Assembly (NCBI GenBank): GCA_964016885.1
Contig: OZ024746.1
Location: 28,644,001 to 28,708,000, forward strand
Origin: Eledone cirrhosa
Lineage: Eukaryota
Length of the DNA stretch: 64,000 nucleotides
Direction of reading: 5' to 3'
Shown here: piece by piece, positions 37,630 to 51,803 of the stretch
Layout of the letters: the number at the start of each line of letters is the position of its first letter
Numbering within the stretch: the stretch's first letter is position 1
The notes under the pieces: model-generated
Told to the model about the DNA's origin: nothing
Databases searched by the model: none
What the model saw: only the letters and a program-made list of their open reading frames with translations
Made by a program: the position numbers and the translations under genes

Positions 37630-38473
37630 ATTTGTGTTTGTATGCGTTTGTGTTTGTGTGTGTGTGTTAAATTTGTATGGATGTGAATGAGAAAGACCTA
37701 GTTTGGCAGATAAAAGAATAATAAATACTAGAGGTCGATGTCTTCTCCATTTTGTCACACACACACGCATACACACACTATCTCTCTAAACAAATGACGT
37801 TCCTTTTCTCTCTCTATTTACGTAAATCTCTTTTGCTTGGCTCTCCCCCTTTCTCTATATATAGATGAAGGTGCCGTCGTAACGTTCTGTCTATCAACCA
37901 CGTTCTGTCACCTTGCAAACGCACGGCGTTCCATTTTATCTATCTATGTAGATATCTCTCGCTTGGCGCTGCATCTTTCTATATACGGTGAACGTGACGG
38001 ACGGAGGGACGGACAGACAGAGTGATAGTCAACGTTCTTATTATAATATAGATCTATTTGAACAAGAACATTATCATTTGTGCTATTAACACATTGGAGG
38101 AAACGAGCATAACGTATGGTCTCGTGATATTGTAACTTTTCCTTGAAATTCCTAGTCGCTGCATATCGCAACGCTAGAATTTCTATTGGAAAAAATATAT
38201 TCCACAATAAACAACGATATATTGAACACTGACTTACTAGAGTAAGTGTGACAGGAGGCTGACATAATAGACAACATAGTAAGACTGGTATGTTAAGAAT
38301 ATGCATTCTAAGAAACGAAAGTGGTACGGGAGTATGAAATATTAGGAATCAGTTTATCTTTCCTTCCGGCAATTATATTTAGAGTATATTTATTTCGTAG
38401 TAAAGTCACGTTGTTTAGTGATTATGGGTGCTGGGCCCACAATCATATGGTCGATTCCCCTGCCGAATATATA

Positions 38474-39140
38474 CAGTGGAACCTCGGTTATCGACCATAA
38501 TCCGATCCAGACAGTCGGCCTAAAACCGAAATGCACAAATATCTATGTAATATTTCCAATAAGAAATACTACGAATCCAATTAATCCCTTCCACACTCTC
38601 ACAGATATTAACAAAAACAAATATTTTGTAGAATAACTATAGATTTACACGCAGAAAACAATGAGAAATAAATATAAATGACAACTAAATAGAATAGATG
38701 AACATTTAACTTCACTTTGCCTTTATTGAAGACACCTGTTGACGTATGTAAGGTGGTGAGGAAGGGAGGAGAATAGGTGTTATTATTTGGAAGGGGAATT
38801 CCCCTCCACAAAGACTTCAGTTAAGTCATTTTCTAGGGTTACTTCTCTTCTCTGTCTCATTGTGGCACTAAAACCCATCCCGATACTGACTACTTCCCTT
38901 TCTCACTAAAAGAGAGGTTTGTTTTTGTCTCCACATCAACATTTTCCTGAAATGTGACAACGCATTGTCATTAAATATATTTTCGATACGGCTTGCACCT
39001 GCCTCCATTTTTAACAAATATTCTTAATCACTCAAGAAAGTATTTTCTCCCCACTCGCGCTCCTCCTCCTCTGAAGCTATTTTCTCGGTTGCTGTTTGTT
39101 GCTGCTCCAGCTGATGATCTTGGAGCGAACTGTATTATTC
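38474..39140 (-). mobile_element. Tigger/pogo-like DNA transposon end
   Basis: TA|CAGTGGAACCTCGGTTATCG TIR-like end; minus-strand remnant ...SEEEE...FNDNALSHFRKML..RQKQTSL typical of the Tigger C-terminus. Confidence 0.7.
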
Positions 39141-41057
39141 GATAGCCCTGATAGTGTTTATTTAAGCAAAAACTGCAAACCTCTATAGACTTGATGCTTT
39201 ATATTAAAGGAGAATTCTATTATTTGATAGACCTGGTACTGTTTATTGAAGCAGAACTGTATTATTTGATAGTCCTAATGCAGTATATTCGAGCAGAAGA
39301 TACACATGTTTGGTGTTTATCTGTATTTTATTTTCCAACTGTGTTTGAAATATTATTAATCAAAATAACAGTGATTTCTTTATCATAATCATATTTCGAC
39401 TGGTTCTGTTTTGTTAACCCCAGGCTAAAAAGGAAGAAAAAACTCCACAAGGACTCGCATTCAGAATTGAAGAGAAGGATATTAATATGGCAATATAGCT
39501 AGCCCTATGAACTACACCCCCGGGCCAATTTCGGCAATGTTATCTTCAACATAATAATATTATTAGAATCTTTAAAAATCCATTGCTATCAAAATTCTAC
39601 TGAAAATCTTTTATAACATCTCAGGTTTTCTTGTTTACAGAATGGAATGGGTCAACATCGTTTTCCACGATAAGTATTCAGGTTGTTTCATCAACATAAC
39701 GGCCTGCTCATGAAATTAATGAGCAAGTGCCCGAAGATTCCACTAACACGCGTACCTTTAACTTAATTCTCAGGGAGATTCACTAGGACATAGTGTGTGA
39801 GAATGCAGACTGTGTATGGGCGACCGCTGATCTTTAAACTATAGTGTGTGTCCCTTTTGGTGCCGGCTCATCCCACCTTAGCTAATCCCCGACACTCGTA
39901 CATATAAGACCAAAAGACAAACTATAAGCGGAAGATGACCAAAATTCAACTGGAGTGATTCTCTTACAATTTTACTGGTTTCAATTGTTCTAGTCAGTAT
40001 TGGAGACATTTGTTTGGCAAATTATTGACTTTGGATCCAATCCCACGTTGAATAATAGTTTCCTACTATAACCTCTACACATATTGCAAGTGAACTTTGG
40101 TTGATGGAACGTACACACTAGCCTATTGTGAAAAGCAGGTCATTATATATGGAGGTAGATTAATCCTTTGGTAGTTTTATCCGTAGCGAAAAATAAAATG
40201 ACCAGGTGATTGATAGGATTCAGTGGCGAGAGAGCATTGTGTAATTTCGATAATCAATCATTAGCTCCTGATGATCGCTATGATTGAATTAAACCACCGA
40301 AATGATCGCCAGGAATGGTGTGAACTTACGAGATGATCGCCAAGACTAGTGTGAAGAGACGAGATGTTAGTTCAGGTAAAACAGATAATAAATAAACGAG
40401 GCATATACGAAGCACGCAGCAAGTTTCAAAATTCAAATTATGGTTTGCTAGTATGTAACGTACCACAACTCATAATTTATCTCTAAAACATGCGAATAAT
40501 CGCTCTTTTGTACGGCCACGCGGGGTTATATTCCGATTTATTTTCTACTTTGTATATATAGTGAAAATTTATATGCTGTGATACTTTGAATTGTAACATA
40601 AATTCTTTGAATAGTACTAAATTCTTTGAATAGTGCTAAATATTTTCTTTACAGACTAAACAGCTTGAATCCATATTAAGTATTCATTCCAACTTGGTCT
40701 TTCAAAGGCATGAAGTAAGAACATTCAAATATATACGTATGAAACAGGTATTTAAACATTTCGCGATCTTTTTTCCCACCTGTTGATACATCATAATATC
40801 TACTGCTTTTGTCATTATTACAATTCAGAAATAACCCATATCGAAAGTTGACATTTGAAAAAAAACTCACAACATAAACGGTGTGTGCTAGAGTTAATAC
40901 GCTCGTAAGTTTAACAGAATAGGCACCCCGCAGAGCTTATTAAATAACATCGCATAGGAACGCTAGGAATTAGTATTTTACATGCATATAATATATATAT
41001 ATATATGATGGCTGCCCCCTCGTTATCGAGTATGGCCATTGCATGATATACCATTAT

Positions 41058-41212
41058 TGGTGAATTGGCAGTATCGGTGGACAGTCGGACATGCTTTTCA
41101 GCATAGTTACGTCCCTTTACGATCTGAGTTCAAATCCGGCCGAGGTTAACTTTGTTAAGTACCAGTAAAGTACTGGATAATTGCTGGCCCTGTGCCGAAA
41201 GTAGAAACAATT
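41058..41212 (+). mobile_element. Nin/Deu SINE copy with deleted core
   Basis: Head and tail match 8735-8922. Confidence 0.75.
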
Positions 41213-41561
41213 AATAATTATTAATTAATTCTAGCGTGCAATGCCTGTGCATGAAGATATTTAAGTGAGGAAAGACTGTGCACTGAACCAATCCCACTCT
41301 CTGAGCAACAGTAGCTATAACCCGAAAAGAAGAAAAGATCAACATCATCGGTAACTACTGAGCCGCAGGTTTTATATCGGAGTCATCCCAGTTTCCTGAG
41401 TTGCCTTCTCCAAGAAGAATGCTCTGACAAAGGCTAGGGATCCTTCGCTTCCAGTGGTTTAACCGTTCGGTACATGTATATATACATATTTACACACTCT
41501 TGGATGGCCGTTGACTCTTATGAGTTTCTTCCGCCTTTTGTATATATATATATATATATAT

Positions 41562-41689
<128 letters not shown>

Positions 41690-41829
41690 GCACACATACA
41701 AATGATACGTCAGCACTACAGAACCGAATTGCTTTTCCGAGATATTGAATAGCGAATTGTTAACGTATTCCGGTTAGACGTATTTCTCTCTAATCTAATG
41801 ATTCAGATAACCAGTGTGTTTTAATATAT

Positions 41830-42340
<511 letters not shown>

Positions 42341-42695
42341 AAAACACTGGTAATCTATGTGTGTGTCTGTGTGTGTCTGTGTGTGTGTATGTATGTGTGT
42401 GTGTATGTGTGTGGCACAAAAATAAAATAAATTGTTGAAGAAGCGAAGAGTGAAGAGTGAAGAAAGGTCAACGTGAAGTAGAATAACAGTAGAATCTGTA
42501 GAGATATTTTCGCATACTGGTCACGATTGTTCATAACAGATGGAATTTGGGAAGGAATTGTTCGTAACAGAGGAAAGTAAAAGATATATGACAATTCTGA
42601 CAATATTCTATTTTACCCAATTCCAAGTAATCTTACGTAGTCTAATACGATAAATAATACAGTATTTAGTTCTTGGTAACTTGGCAACGCCCCTT

Positions 42696-42734
<39 letters not shown>

Positions 42735-42901
42735 ATATATATATGTGTGTATGTATGTATGTATGTATGTGCGTGTATATATATATGAATTTTAATGATA
42801 ATACAGAGTAACAAGAAAAACTGAAGTTTTTTATAACTTTAGTTTAATACCTGCCCTCCCTCTCACCGCCCCCCCCTCTCTCTCTCTCTCTCTGTATATA
42901 T

Positions 42902-42950
<49 letters not shown>

Positions 42951-43627
42951 TAAACTATTAATGACGTTACAGGCTAACTTAAGTTATATATATGTGATGA
43001 AGTAGTTTTGTATTTGATTCAAGAATGTACCAAAATTACCACTCATTGCTATAGCTGTGTGTATATATTAACAACAAAATGAGGTTTCACATTTAGGTTT
43101 TATTGAGCCGTAACTGAGCCTAACATATAAAAACCTAAATGATAAACCTCGTTTCAAAACGTTAAACCATATTAGACAGTCGGAGTCCGACGGTTGGGTC
43201 CTTCGCGTTTCGACAACTAATTGCAGACCCCAAGACGATTCCAGAGAGAACGATTATTTCCCATTATCCATTAAATACCGGTATATACGTCCCTACCTGC
43301 ATACAGTAAACATGCACACACAATCATTACTCTACCTAAAATCCACCAGCAGATTCCAAAAAATCCCACCCGGAGCCAGATCCCATATATTTCTCCCCAA
43401 AATCCCAAACTACCACAACACACATCTATTTGGATATGAACTACAATTTATGTGTTATGTTTATCGCATGTCTAAGTTTTCTGACCATTTTAGAGTGCAA
43501 ACAGCTAAATGACTACAACTAAATTGCCTCCACCACCCACCCACCGATTCACAAGTTCTACCTCCGCCACCGTATAAACATATATATATAAAGAGAGAGG
43601 AGGGGAGAAGATAGAGAGAGAGATATG

Positions 43628-43686
<59 letters not shown>

Positions 43687-43697
43687 CGGTGGGAGGG

Positions 43698-43741
43698 ACC
43701 GTCCTGATGAAGGCCAGTCAAACCTGAAATGCATAGACGGT
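43698..43741 (+). ncRNA. Minimal type I hammerhead ribozyme
   Basis: accgtc-CTGATGA-agg(ccagtcaaa)cct-GAAA-tgca-TA-gacggt; perfect 6-bp stem I extendable by GGGA/TCCC, palindromic TGCA loop III. Confidence 0.88.
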
Positions 43742-43902
43742 TGTCCCCCTTGCTTCTGCTGGACAGCACCAGAGGGTGTTAGCCCCGGTATTTTCATAGC
43801 TACGTCTTCCTAAATGTTTCCTGTAAACATACCGTGTTTCTTTAGAAATACGGAATCTCTATACATTTTTGTATAAAGCTATCCTTGAAGCGAAATCCTA
43901 TT

Positions 43903-44022
<120 letters not shown>

Positions 44023-44028
44023 CACATA

Positions 44029-44066
<38 letters not shown>

Positions 44067-44136
44067 ATCAAGGTTTAGCAAATAGCGAAAAAGTTTTAAA
44101 ATAAATTTTAAAAAGTACACTGTACTTACTATATTT

Positions 44137-44219
44137 ACCCTTACCGTGCGGTTTCAAGTCTCAAATAAATAGATAATCCATGCAGACCATCACTGAGAAG
44201 GAGACTCTCGTCAGAGGGT
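44137..44219 (-). ncRNA. Type I hammerhead ribozyme
   Basis: accct-CTGACGA-gagtctc...gagactt-GAAA-ccgcacgg-TA-agggt; GUA site. Confidence 0.85.
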
Positions 44220-44526
44220 TCTTCTCGCTCGGAGAATATAAAATTCCCGAGTTCAAATGACGAACTGGCGCCGAACTGTTCCCGGATGAGAGTGTATGAT
44301 AAAGAAACAATCTTGTCTAGTGCTGTGTTAATATACACACACACATATAAATATATATATTTACAGTGTACAAAAGTTACGGAATATATTTCAGCGATCT
44401 TTGGCCATGACTAGCTCACCCAATGAGATAACAAGCATGCAGTTGAGAAGTTGCATCTTGTTATCCAGACTGCACACGAATAGTTAGTGCATATTATGTC
44501 AGTGCTCTTCTATATATATATATATA

Positions 44527-45004
44527 TTGTTATACTTGGGGAGGGTCATATTTGTGTAATAATATTGCCAGAATTAATAACAGATCACACTCACTGTTTG
44601 GTTGGTTTTCGCCTCTGTGTCTTTTATATCGGTTAATTTAGTTTATTCGGTCCTCATTGTTACCATTGACTGACCAACGGTCAAAAATACAGATACAATA
44701 TAGACACCAACACATATATATAGTCTAACAAAGTTCTTTCGTTGCACATCTGCAACATCGTCAGTGGTGCTATTATATTTCTTCCTGTTGTATTGTATGC
44801 CTACGCCATCTTTATTTAGTCTGTTTATTTATTTATTTATTTATGTTGTCTTCTCTGCGCATGCGTTTGCGGTGTTTATAGTGTTTGATGTGTGTTCGTG
44901 TTTGGGTGTATTGGTTTATTGTATTCTCTCTTAGTCTACCAGTGTGTGTTTATATGTGTTTGTTGTCATTGTGCTTGTGTATGTATTTATTTATTTATAC
45001 TTCT

Positions 45005-45005
<1 letters not shown>
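44527..45005 (-). mobile_element. 3' UTR/pseudo-LTR of the Neptune-type PLE family with hammerhead-like motif at 44727-44768
   Basis: Highly similar to 58406-58910; acca-CTGACGA-tgttgca(gatg)tgcaac-GAAA-gaac-TT-tgtt; TA-flanked. Confidence 0.75.
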
Positions 45006-45077
<72 letters not shown>

Positions 45078-45337
45078 AGAGAGGGTGAGAGAGAGAGAGA
45101 GAAAGAGAGAGAGATAAATAAATAGATAGATAGATAAATAATAACAATTATTACAGAAACACTAGAATTGCATTTATTCAGCAATTTTTAAAACAATACT
45201 ATCGTTGCATTGGCTTATTTGATTCACTAGTAATTCCAAGTTTAATTTTGTTTCCATATATTGTATGTCGATATTGTCAACCTTTTCAACAATGTATTAT
45301 GTGTGTATATATATATATATGGATACACACACACACG

Positions 45338-45391
<54 letters not shown>

Positions 45392-45398
45392 TACACAC

Positions 45399-45428
<30 letters not shown>

Positions 45429-45429
<1 letters not shown>

Positions 45430-45618
45430 ACGAAGGAAATGTGGTAAGGAACCAGGTGGACCATAACGCACCAAAGTACTCAATACTTGGGGTAGTAGAG
45501 TGGGTAATAGGAACCAGTAAGACCCCGACAGCTGAGCTCAAGCCGTTTCGACGGCTAATTCTGGACCAGAATTAGCCGTCGAAACGGCTTGAGCTCAGCT
45601 GTCGGAGTCTTACTGGTT

Positions 45619-45620
<2 letters not shown>
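45429..45620 (-). mobile_element. GAGCTC-palindrome fold-back element in (TA)n, longest arms
   Basis: 55-bp arms (45510-45620) centred on CTGG-A-CCAG, plus tail. Confidence 0.88.
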
Positions 45621-45677
<57 letters not shown>

Positions 45678-46489
45678 ACACATACATATGTATATACACA
45701 TGCTTAAATAGGATCATATACACATATACATATAAAACTCACGCCCATATACAATTGCTCCTCCATATATATATATATATATATATCTATGTGTGTGTGG
45801 GTGTGTGTGTGTGTGTTCGAGTGCGTGCGTGTGTGTGTGTGTGCGCCCGCGTGTCTGTGTGTCTGTGTGTCTGTGTGTGTACATACATATATAGATAAAC
45901 ACATAAATATATAGATATATACATAGGAAAATATATGAATTGTGTAGGTACATGTAAATGGAGAAATGTTGATGAAAATAGATGAATGCTATTTCCTTGC
46001 TGTGCCACGATTAATTGAAGAATAAAAGTGTTGACTTCAACTGAAGAAAGTAAAGATTCTATATAAATAGGAAAACACCTGTCTCTGAATGATTCCCACA
46101 ATTAAATATACACCATGGATTGCACATCATTAATTTATAACTGTCTCTGTCTGCAAATATGATATAACAGGAAATGATTATATAACATTCAAGTTTATTT
46201 TTGACCGGCCATCTTCCTGGTGGCAACGTTGTAAAGAAAAGGAAAATGTTATCCTTCCTTGTGTAATCGTTCATATATTTTGAAGGTTTACGTTTTTATG
46301 AGGGTAGACTAGGACTTAAAATGATTGCGTTTACAATCAAAACTTGTTAGACACACGTGTTTTTTTCTTTGTTTTTGGAGAGAAAATCCATTCTTAATCT
46401 TCCGCCCTTCCCCCCTTCTTATTCATCTCTTCGCCTTCATTACCACCTACCTTTTTTTCTTTTCTCCTGTAACACCTTCTTCTTCGTAT

Positions 46490-46710
46490 AGAATGTGTAC
46501 AGTATTGGTTCTAGTCCTCCCCTGCCTTTTGGATTAAAATAACACGGAGGTTAATTTTGGACTCAATCCTCTCAAGTCAAGTGCGATAAAGAAACTACCA
46601 GTTCCGTACTGGGGTCGGTTACCACTACCACTATTAGTACTACTAATTCTTCTTCTTCTTCTTCTTCTTCTTCTTCTTCTTCTCCTCCTCCTCCTCCTCC
46701 TCCTCCTCCT
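46490..46710 (+). mobile_element. Diverged SINE-like repeat followed by (CTT)n/(CCT)n
   Basis: AGAATGT.TACAGTATTGGTTCTAGTCC...ACTACCAGTTCCGTACTGGG.TCGGTT recurs at about 63729-63932, also followed by (CTT)n. Confidence 0.6.
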
Positions 46711-47271
46711 ATTCCCCCATCATCTACTTCACCTTAATTCCATCGACTACAACACTACAACATTCTCCTTCTATCCATCCCCCAATATTAACACCTTCCT
46801 TTAATCCCCCTCCCCCAACTCCCATTCCAAGGAAAATATAGACTAAAGAACTAAATCTGTCAAAAATTTGCTTACTTTCCTGATGATGACTTTTTACAGA
46901 TGAAACAGTTCTAGTCCTATTGAAATCATTTCTAAAATAAATAAAATAAAATAAACATGCCTCTACTCTACTAATGTATTGAGTAAAACTTGTAACTGTT
47001 GTCACCTCCCGATGTATATTGGGAATCCATCACACACACACTCACACACATACTCTCTCTCTCTCTCTCTCTCCCCCCCTCTCTATATATATCTCTCTCT
47101 CCCTCCCTCCCTCCCTGCCTCTCTCTCTCTCTCTCTCTCTGTTTATATATATATATGTAAAAGGTAAACAGAAATAACACAATCGGTACAGTATATGGAA
47201 GGGATATATTAGGTTAACGCTTGATATAATATATATATACCACAAACACACACTCGCGCATCTATTTGTAA

Positions 47272-47303
<32 letters not shown>

Positions 47304-48697
47304 CTGTCTGCGTCTGTCTCTGTGTGTCTCTGTGTGTGTGTGTGTGTGTGTATTCGTGTGTGTGTGATTCTTGATCCTGACAAAATGGCCGCTGTCTGGA
47401 AATGCTATATTTACAATTTTAATGTTAGTAAAAACAAGCGTCGGTCGATTCACATCTTTGCTTTATCGTGAAAATTTTCTATTATTTTATTCATGTTTCC
47501 ACTATCTTTTGACTGACTGTGTAACGTTTTTTGTTTATTGCCATCAATAACTCCAACATTAATATATAATAGCGTATTACATCATATTCACAATGATGAA
47601 ATTCAGCTTGTATTCAATATGTTCACTTGCGAGGATGATAAAGGGTTACTATACAAAATTTTATTGGCTAAATATCGATCAAAATATGTTTAAAAATTTC
47701 TATTAATAGCAGGAATGTCTTCATGACATTGCCCCTGCTACTATTTATACCATAGTTCATATTTTTAATGTGGCGGCTGTGCGTTGGTTGAGTTGTTAGA
47801 ATGTTGGTTAGAATATGTTAATGGTGTGGTTCTGTGTTGGATGGGTCGTTAGAATATAGGATATAATACTGTAAAGACGTATCTGTGCGTTGGTTACAAT
47901 GTCGGTTAGAATACGTTATGGTATTTGTTCCGCGTCGCTGCGCTCTTAGTTCGAGTCCCACTGCGGTCAACGTTGGCTTTCGTCGTTTTCGGGTGGATAA
48001 AGTTAGTACTGAAACTGGCCTTTCGGAATAGTTGCTTTTGCGGTTTGTTCTAGCTGTGTTCGTTCTGAGTTCGAATTCCGTCTCAGTACGCCTCGGTATC
48101 ATTTCTACATGGAGATGCAGCCAGCAAATAGAATCAGCAATGAAAAAACAATGATCTTGTTCCGATGTCATGATCAGCTGGTTTCCTGTTTTCGTATTAC
48201 AGACTTGAGGGTGAATTTGGCAGATTTGTTCTAACATCAAATAGAATAATTCCCTGGATTCATTCCGGCACTCGGTGCTCTCATTTCAAACCCTGCTGAG
48301 GTCTGCTTTGTATTTGATTATTCTGGAAGTCCATAAATAAAGTACCAGTGTTGATACAGCTCTCTTTTCTGATTATTCCGCTAGATGAAGAGAAGAAGGA
48401 TCGAGGGGCTTTCTTTCTAATCGCAACTATATGGGCATTGAAAACCATTAGGGAAGGAATGGTATATACTACCAAGATACAGTTCAATACTGAGAACGTT
48501 TCTATCTATTTTTCTGTATTTCTCATTCTTGCTTGCACGCTGTCTTCCCCCATACACACAAACACTCATTATATCTTTCTCTTCCTCTTTCACATTTTCT
48601 TTAGTTGTTCAGACATAGAGAGGAATGGGATTTTACCGAGTGACCACAGAGAATCTCATTTCAATTGCTCCTATTGCATACACATACATGTATATAA

Positions 48698-49020
48698 AAT
48701 AATTGTTTCTACTTTTGGCACAAGGCCAGCAATTACCCAAGCAATTACCCCATTACTTGTACTTTATTTTATCTACACCGCAAGGATGAAAGGCCGTTAG
48801 TCTATGCTACAAAGCAAGGCGACCGATAGTGTCAAAAATAATTGTTTCTACTTTTGGCACAAGGCCAGCAATTATCCTGGTACTTCATTTTATTGACCTC
48901 GTAAGGATGAAAGGCAAACTTAACCTCAGCGGTATTTGAACTCAGACTATAAAGGGCCGTAACTCTTTGCTGTAAAGCATGGCGTTCGACCCTCTACCGA
49001 TACTGCCAATCCACTGCCCT
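48698..49020 (-). mobile_element. Two Nin/Deu SINE copies (one partial, one full)
   Basis: Reverse complement matches 8735-8922. Confidence 0.85.
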
Positions 49021-49140
49021 AGTGCCAAAAATAATGATGGCTATATTCTACTAACGTATTAAGTACTTTTTTCTATAACTTTCATCTCCTGATACTCATC
49101 TGGAATCTATCCATTATATATATATATATATATATATATA

Positions 49141-49255
49141 GGAACGAGTAGGACCGTCGGGGTCCTACTCGTTCCTATTACCCACTCTACTACCCTAAGT
49201 ATTGAGTACTTTGGTGCGTTATAGTCCACCTGGTTCCTTACCACATTTCCTTCGT

Positions 49256-49256
<1 letters not shown>
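49141..49256 (+). mobile_element. GAGCTC-palindrome family, shortest fold-back
   Basis: 15-bp arms GGAACGAGTAGGACC / GGTCCTACTCGTTCC plus the same tail. Confidence 0.85.
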
Positions 49257-49305
<49 letters not shown>

Positions 49306-49308
<3 letters not shown>

Positions 49309-49894
49309 TCTGGATTTCCAATCTTTTGGAATGATGAAACCGTCGGTAACAGCAATTGAACAGGTGATTATTTAAATCGTTTTTTAATTTATTTAGAGAA
49401 TTGTTTGATAACCGCTTGCTCCGCTATTTTTTATATTGTTCTGGTATCTCGAATTAGTACCATTGAACCACAAATATTATAAATACCTTGCATATTTCTA
49501 CAAGTACATAGTACCTGTTGAGGTATTCATCCACTTTTATTATTTTTTCTCCTTATGTAGAGAACAAAACGTTGAATAATGCTGCTAATTTTAGTGGTAA
49601 TATCAACATGTTTATAATAAACAGATATTATCTGCGACCTGATTTTGCGTGTGTGTCATTTTAACGGCTTGACCGCATGCGTTGGGCAGGAAGCGAAATA
49701 TTTACTTACTGTAGGGCTGGCAACCTTATAGTGTGGAAATAAGCTGTCTGAAGATTCATTTCTTCCCATTGGAAATTCTCTGGATTTCCAATCTTTTGGA
49801 ATGATGAAACCGTCGGTAACAGCAATAGAACAGGTGATTATTTAAATCGTTTTTTAATTTATTTAGAGAATTGTTTGATAACCGCTTGCTCCGC

Positions 49895-49900
<6 letters not shown>
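49306..49900 (+). mobile_element. Non-coding hammerhead-bearing element with about 125-bp direct repeats at a 470-bp period
   Basis: 49306-49430 matches 49776-49900 with one visible mismatch; TA-flanked; no ORF. Confidence 0.85.
49743..49823 (+). ncRNA. Type I hammerhead ribozyme
   Basis: gctgt-CTGAAGA-t-tcatttc...attggaaatt(ctctg)gatttccaat...ggaatga-t-GAAA-ccgtcgg-TA-acagc; predicted cut after A49818. Confidence 0.85.
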
Positions 49901-49944
<44 letters not shown>

Positions 49945-49983
49945 AATGAATAATAACAGGGAGACATCATAAAAAGGTAATTT

Positions 49984-50107
49984 ATTCTGTGTGCTTACAA
50001 ATGTTTCCACGGTGGTTATACAGCCTAGTTATGCTATGTACAAATTTATAGCTAGTTGCAAAACTCAATTATCAAATGCTGTGACCACTGTATCATCAGA
50101 GCAGAAT
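49984..50107 (-). ncRNA. Type I hammerhead ribozyme in the PLE 3' UTR
   Basis: attctgct-CTGATGA-tacagtggt...accaccgtg-GAAA-catttg-TA-agcacacagaat; extended stem II; GUA site. Confidence 0.78.
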
Positions 50108-50600
50108 GATTAAAATGTACAATGTAAATACCCTTGAGTGAGGTTATTGGGGAAGATAGAGTAGAAAAGGAAGAGAGAAAAAAGAAGGGGAGAGGAAGAG
50201 AGAGAGAAAGATATGCAGGGGTTGGAGAAATGGGAGAGAGTGGTTTGTAGATATCTTAATCAAAATGTTGTGGTAGGGATTTTATTATACTGGTTACTCT
50301 TAAAGCGATGCGTTGATAGTCAAGGTTGGAATTATTTATTGCCCCAGAGGGCAGGTTCATAGATGTGGAAAGGGAGGGAGGTAAGCTTAGGGCGAGAGAG
50401 AGAGAGTGGAATGGATAGAGAGGGAGAGATAGAGAGGGGACAGACGAAAGCTATGGTGTGGGTGAACGTTGGGTTCATAGTAGTAATCTGCGAATTGCAC
50501 TAAGTTCCCATTTATAGTGATAAGCAGGGTATTGTCTTGTAGTGTGGGGGAAGAGAAAGTGGTTAGCTAGAAACCAATGTTATAGTGACGGGTTCGAATG

Positions 50601-51749
50601 TTAAGTTATTTTATAGTGAGAGAATTTAGCTTTCAGTTTCTGGTTGCAGTATAATGATCGTTCGATTCTATCATTTAGTAATTTATTTTTGGATTTTAAG
50701 ATGTAAAAGAGTTCAAGGTTACATAACCTACAGTACTTCAATCCACTCCGATATGCACTTGCACTGGAAAGTATATCCCATTTCAAGGCGAACTGTTGGT
50801 TGAGTTCACGGAGTTGCCAGGTCTTGTTGGCGAGCGTGGTCACAAAACGGTGATCAGGATGTTTAATTGAGAATCGATGACGGTACCAGCGAGATTTAAA
50901 CGAGGTAGTGGTAGACCCGATGTAATACCATTTCTGGTCGTTCGATTCAACCGTGCATTGGTAAACAATGTTGGACTTTAGGCATTTATTCGTTAATGGA
51001 CATCTTTCAGGTAGGTGGCATATACAGTTTTTGTTGTGGGTAGCGGGTATACCATGGATAGGTTGTGATAGCAGTACAGGTGGGTTGTGTAATACCTGTC
51101 TCCCATTTAGTGGTTGGGAGGCTGATATTACGTTATGCTCATCTGTTATCAAAATATTTTGTTTTGTAGTGTTGTTTAATTGCTTTAAGTTAAGTTTTTT
51201 TATATATGCTTCAAGGTTTGGTGCCGTGGAGTATGATAGTCTAATAGTTTTAGAGTTCAGAATTTTACTGTATTTATGGGAACTAGGGAAATGCTTGTTG
51301 ATTAACTTAAAGAATGAAAGAGATAGTTTTGTACTAATCGAAGCATTAAAAATAGGATTATACCAGATATACTTTCTACAACGTGATTTATTTGGTGATG
51401 ATTTTCTATTATTAGTATGTCTGGTGGTACTGCTTGTGTGCGCTTGTATTTCAGTACCCCGGTTACGTATTCCTTGATTTCGTTTAGAGCTATGTGTGTT
51501 ATGGAGATTCTTATCAATGTATTCTATTGTATCCCGCTGGTCGGCATTCCTTAATGCATTATTATAGTATTCAGCGTGTTCACTAAAAATCTCAGACTCA
51601 GACGATAGGCGAGAGATTCTAAGAGAAATACTACGGGGAACCGATTTGATCATGGAAAGTGGGTGGTTTGAGTTAAAATTCATATAGGTAAGGTTCTCAT
51701 TTATCTTGTGGAAGGGTCGTATCAGTCCGGTATTTAAATTAAGAGTTAC

Positions 51750-51752
<3 letters not shown>
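50601..51752 (-). CDS. PLE polyprotein C-terminal part (RT end/thumb, Cys-rich linker, GIY-YIG endonuclease); partial, frame open up to the truncation
   Basis: DVTLNL...SNHP...RISRLSS; IWYNP...HFP...SYS; CICHLPERCPLTNKC; IVY...YYIGST...FKSRW..H; CRLCNLE...LLN.R.E. Confidence 0.88.

Positions 51753-51803
<51 letters not shown>

Larger units (their letters stand above)
49942..51752 (-). mobile_element. 5'-truncated Penelope-like element (Naiad-type) between (TA)n tracts
   Basis: RT thumb plus GIY-YIG ORF, about 660-nt 3' UTR with a hammerhead, TA runs on both sides. Confidence 0.88.

Noticed and set aside
37725-38053. Helentron/DINE-like element (GACG/GACA repeats and a TATAATATAGAT end)
   Set aside because: Subterminal inverted repeats and hairpin not identifiable; single copy in the window
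46876-46928. Plus-strand relative of the 58188 hammerhead
   Set aside because: Stem II and the cleavage triplet are decayed; counted only as a family relic
49942-50600. SECIS element in the Naiad-type 3' UTR
   Set aside because: No AUGA/AA/GA kink-turn stem visible and no in-frame TGA in the ORF
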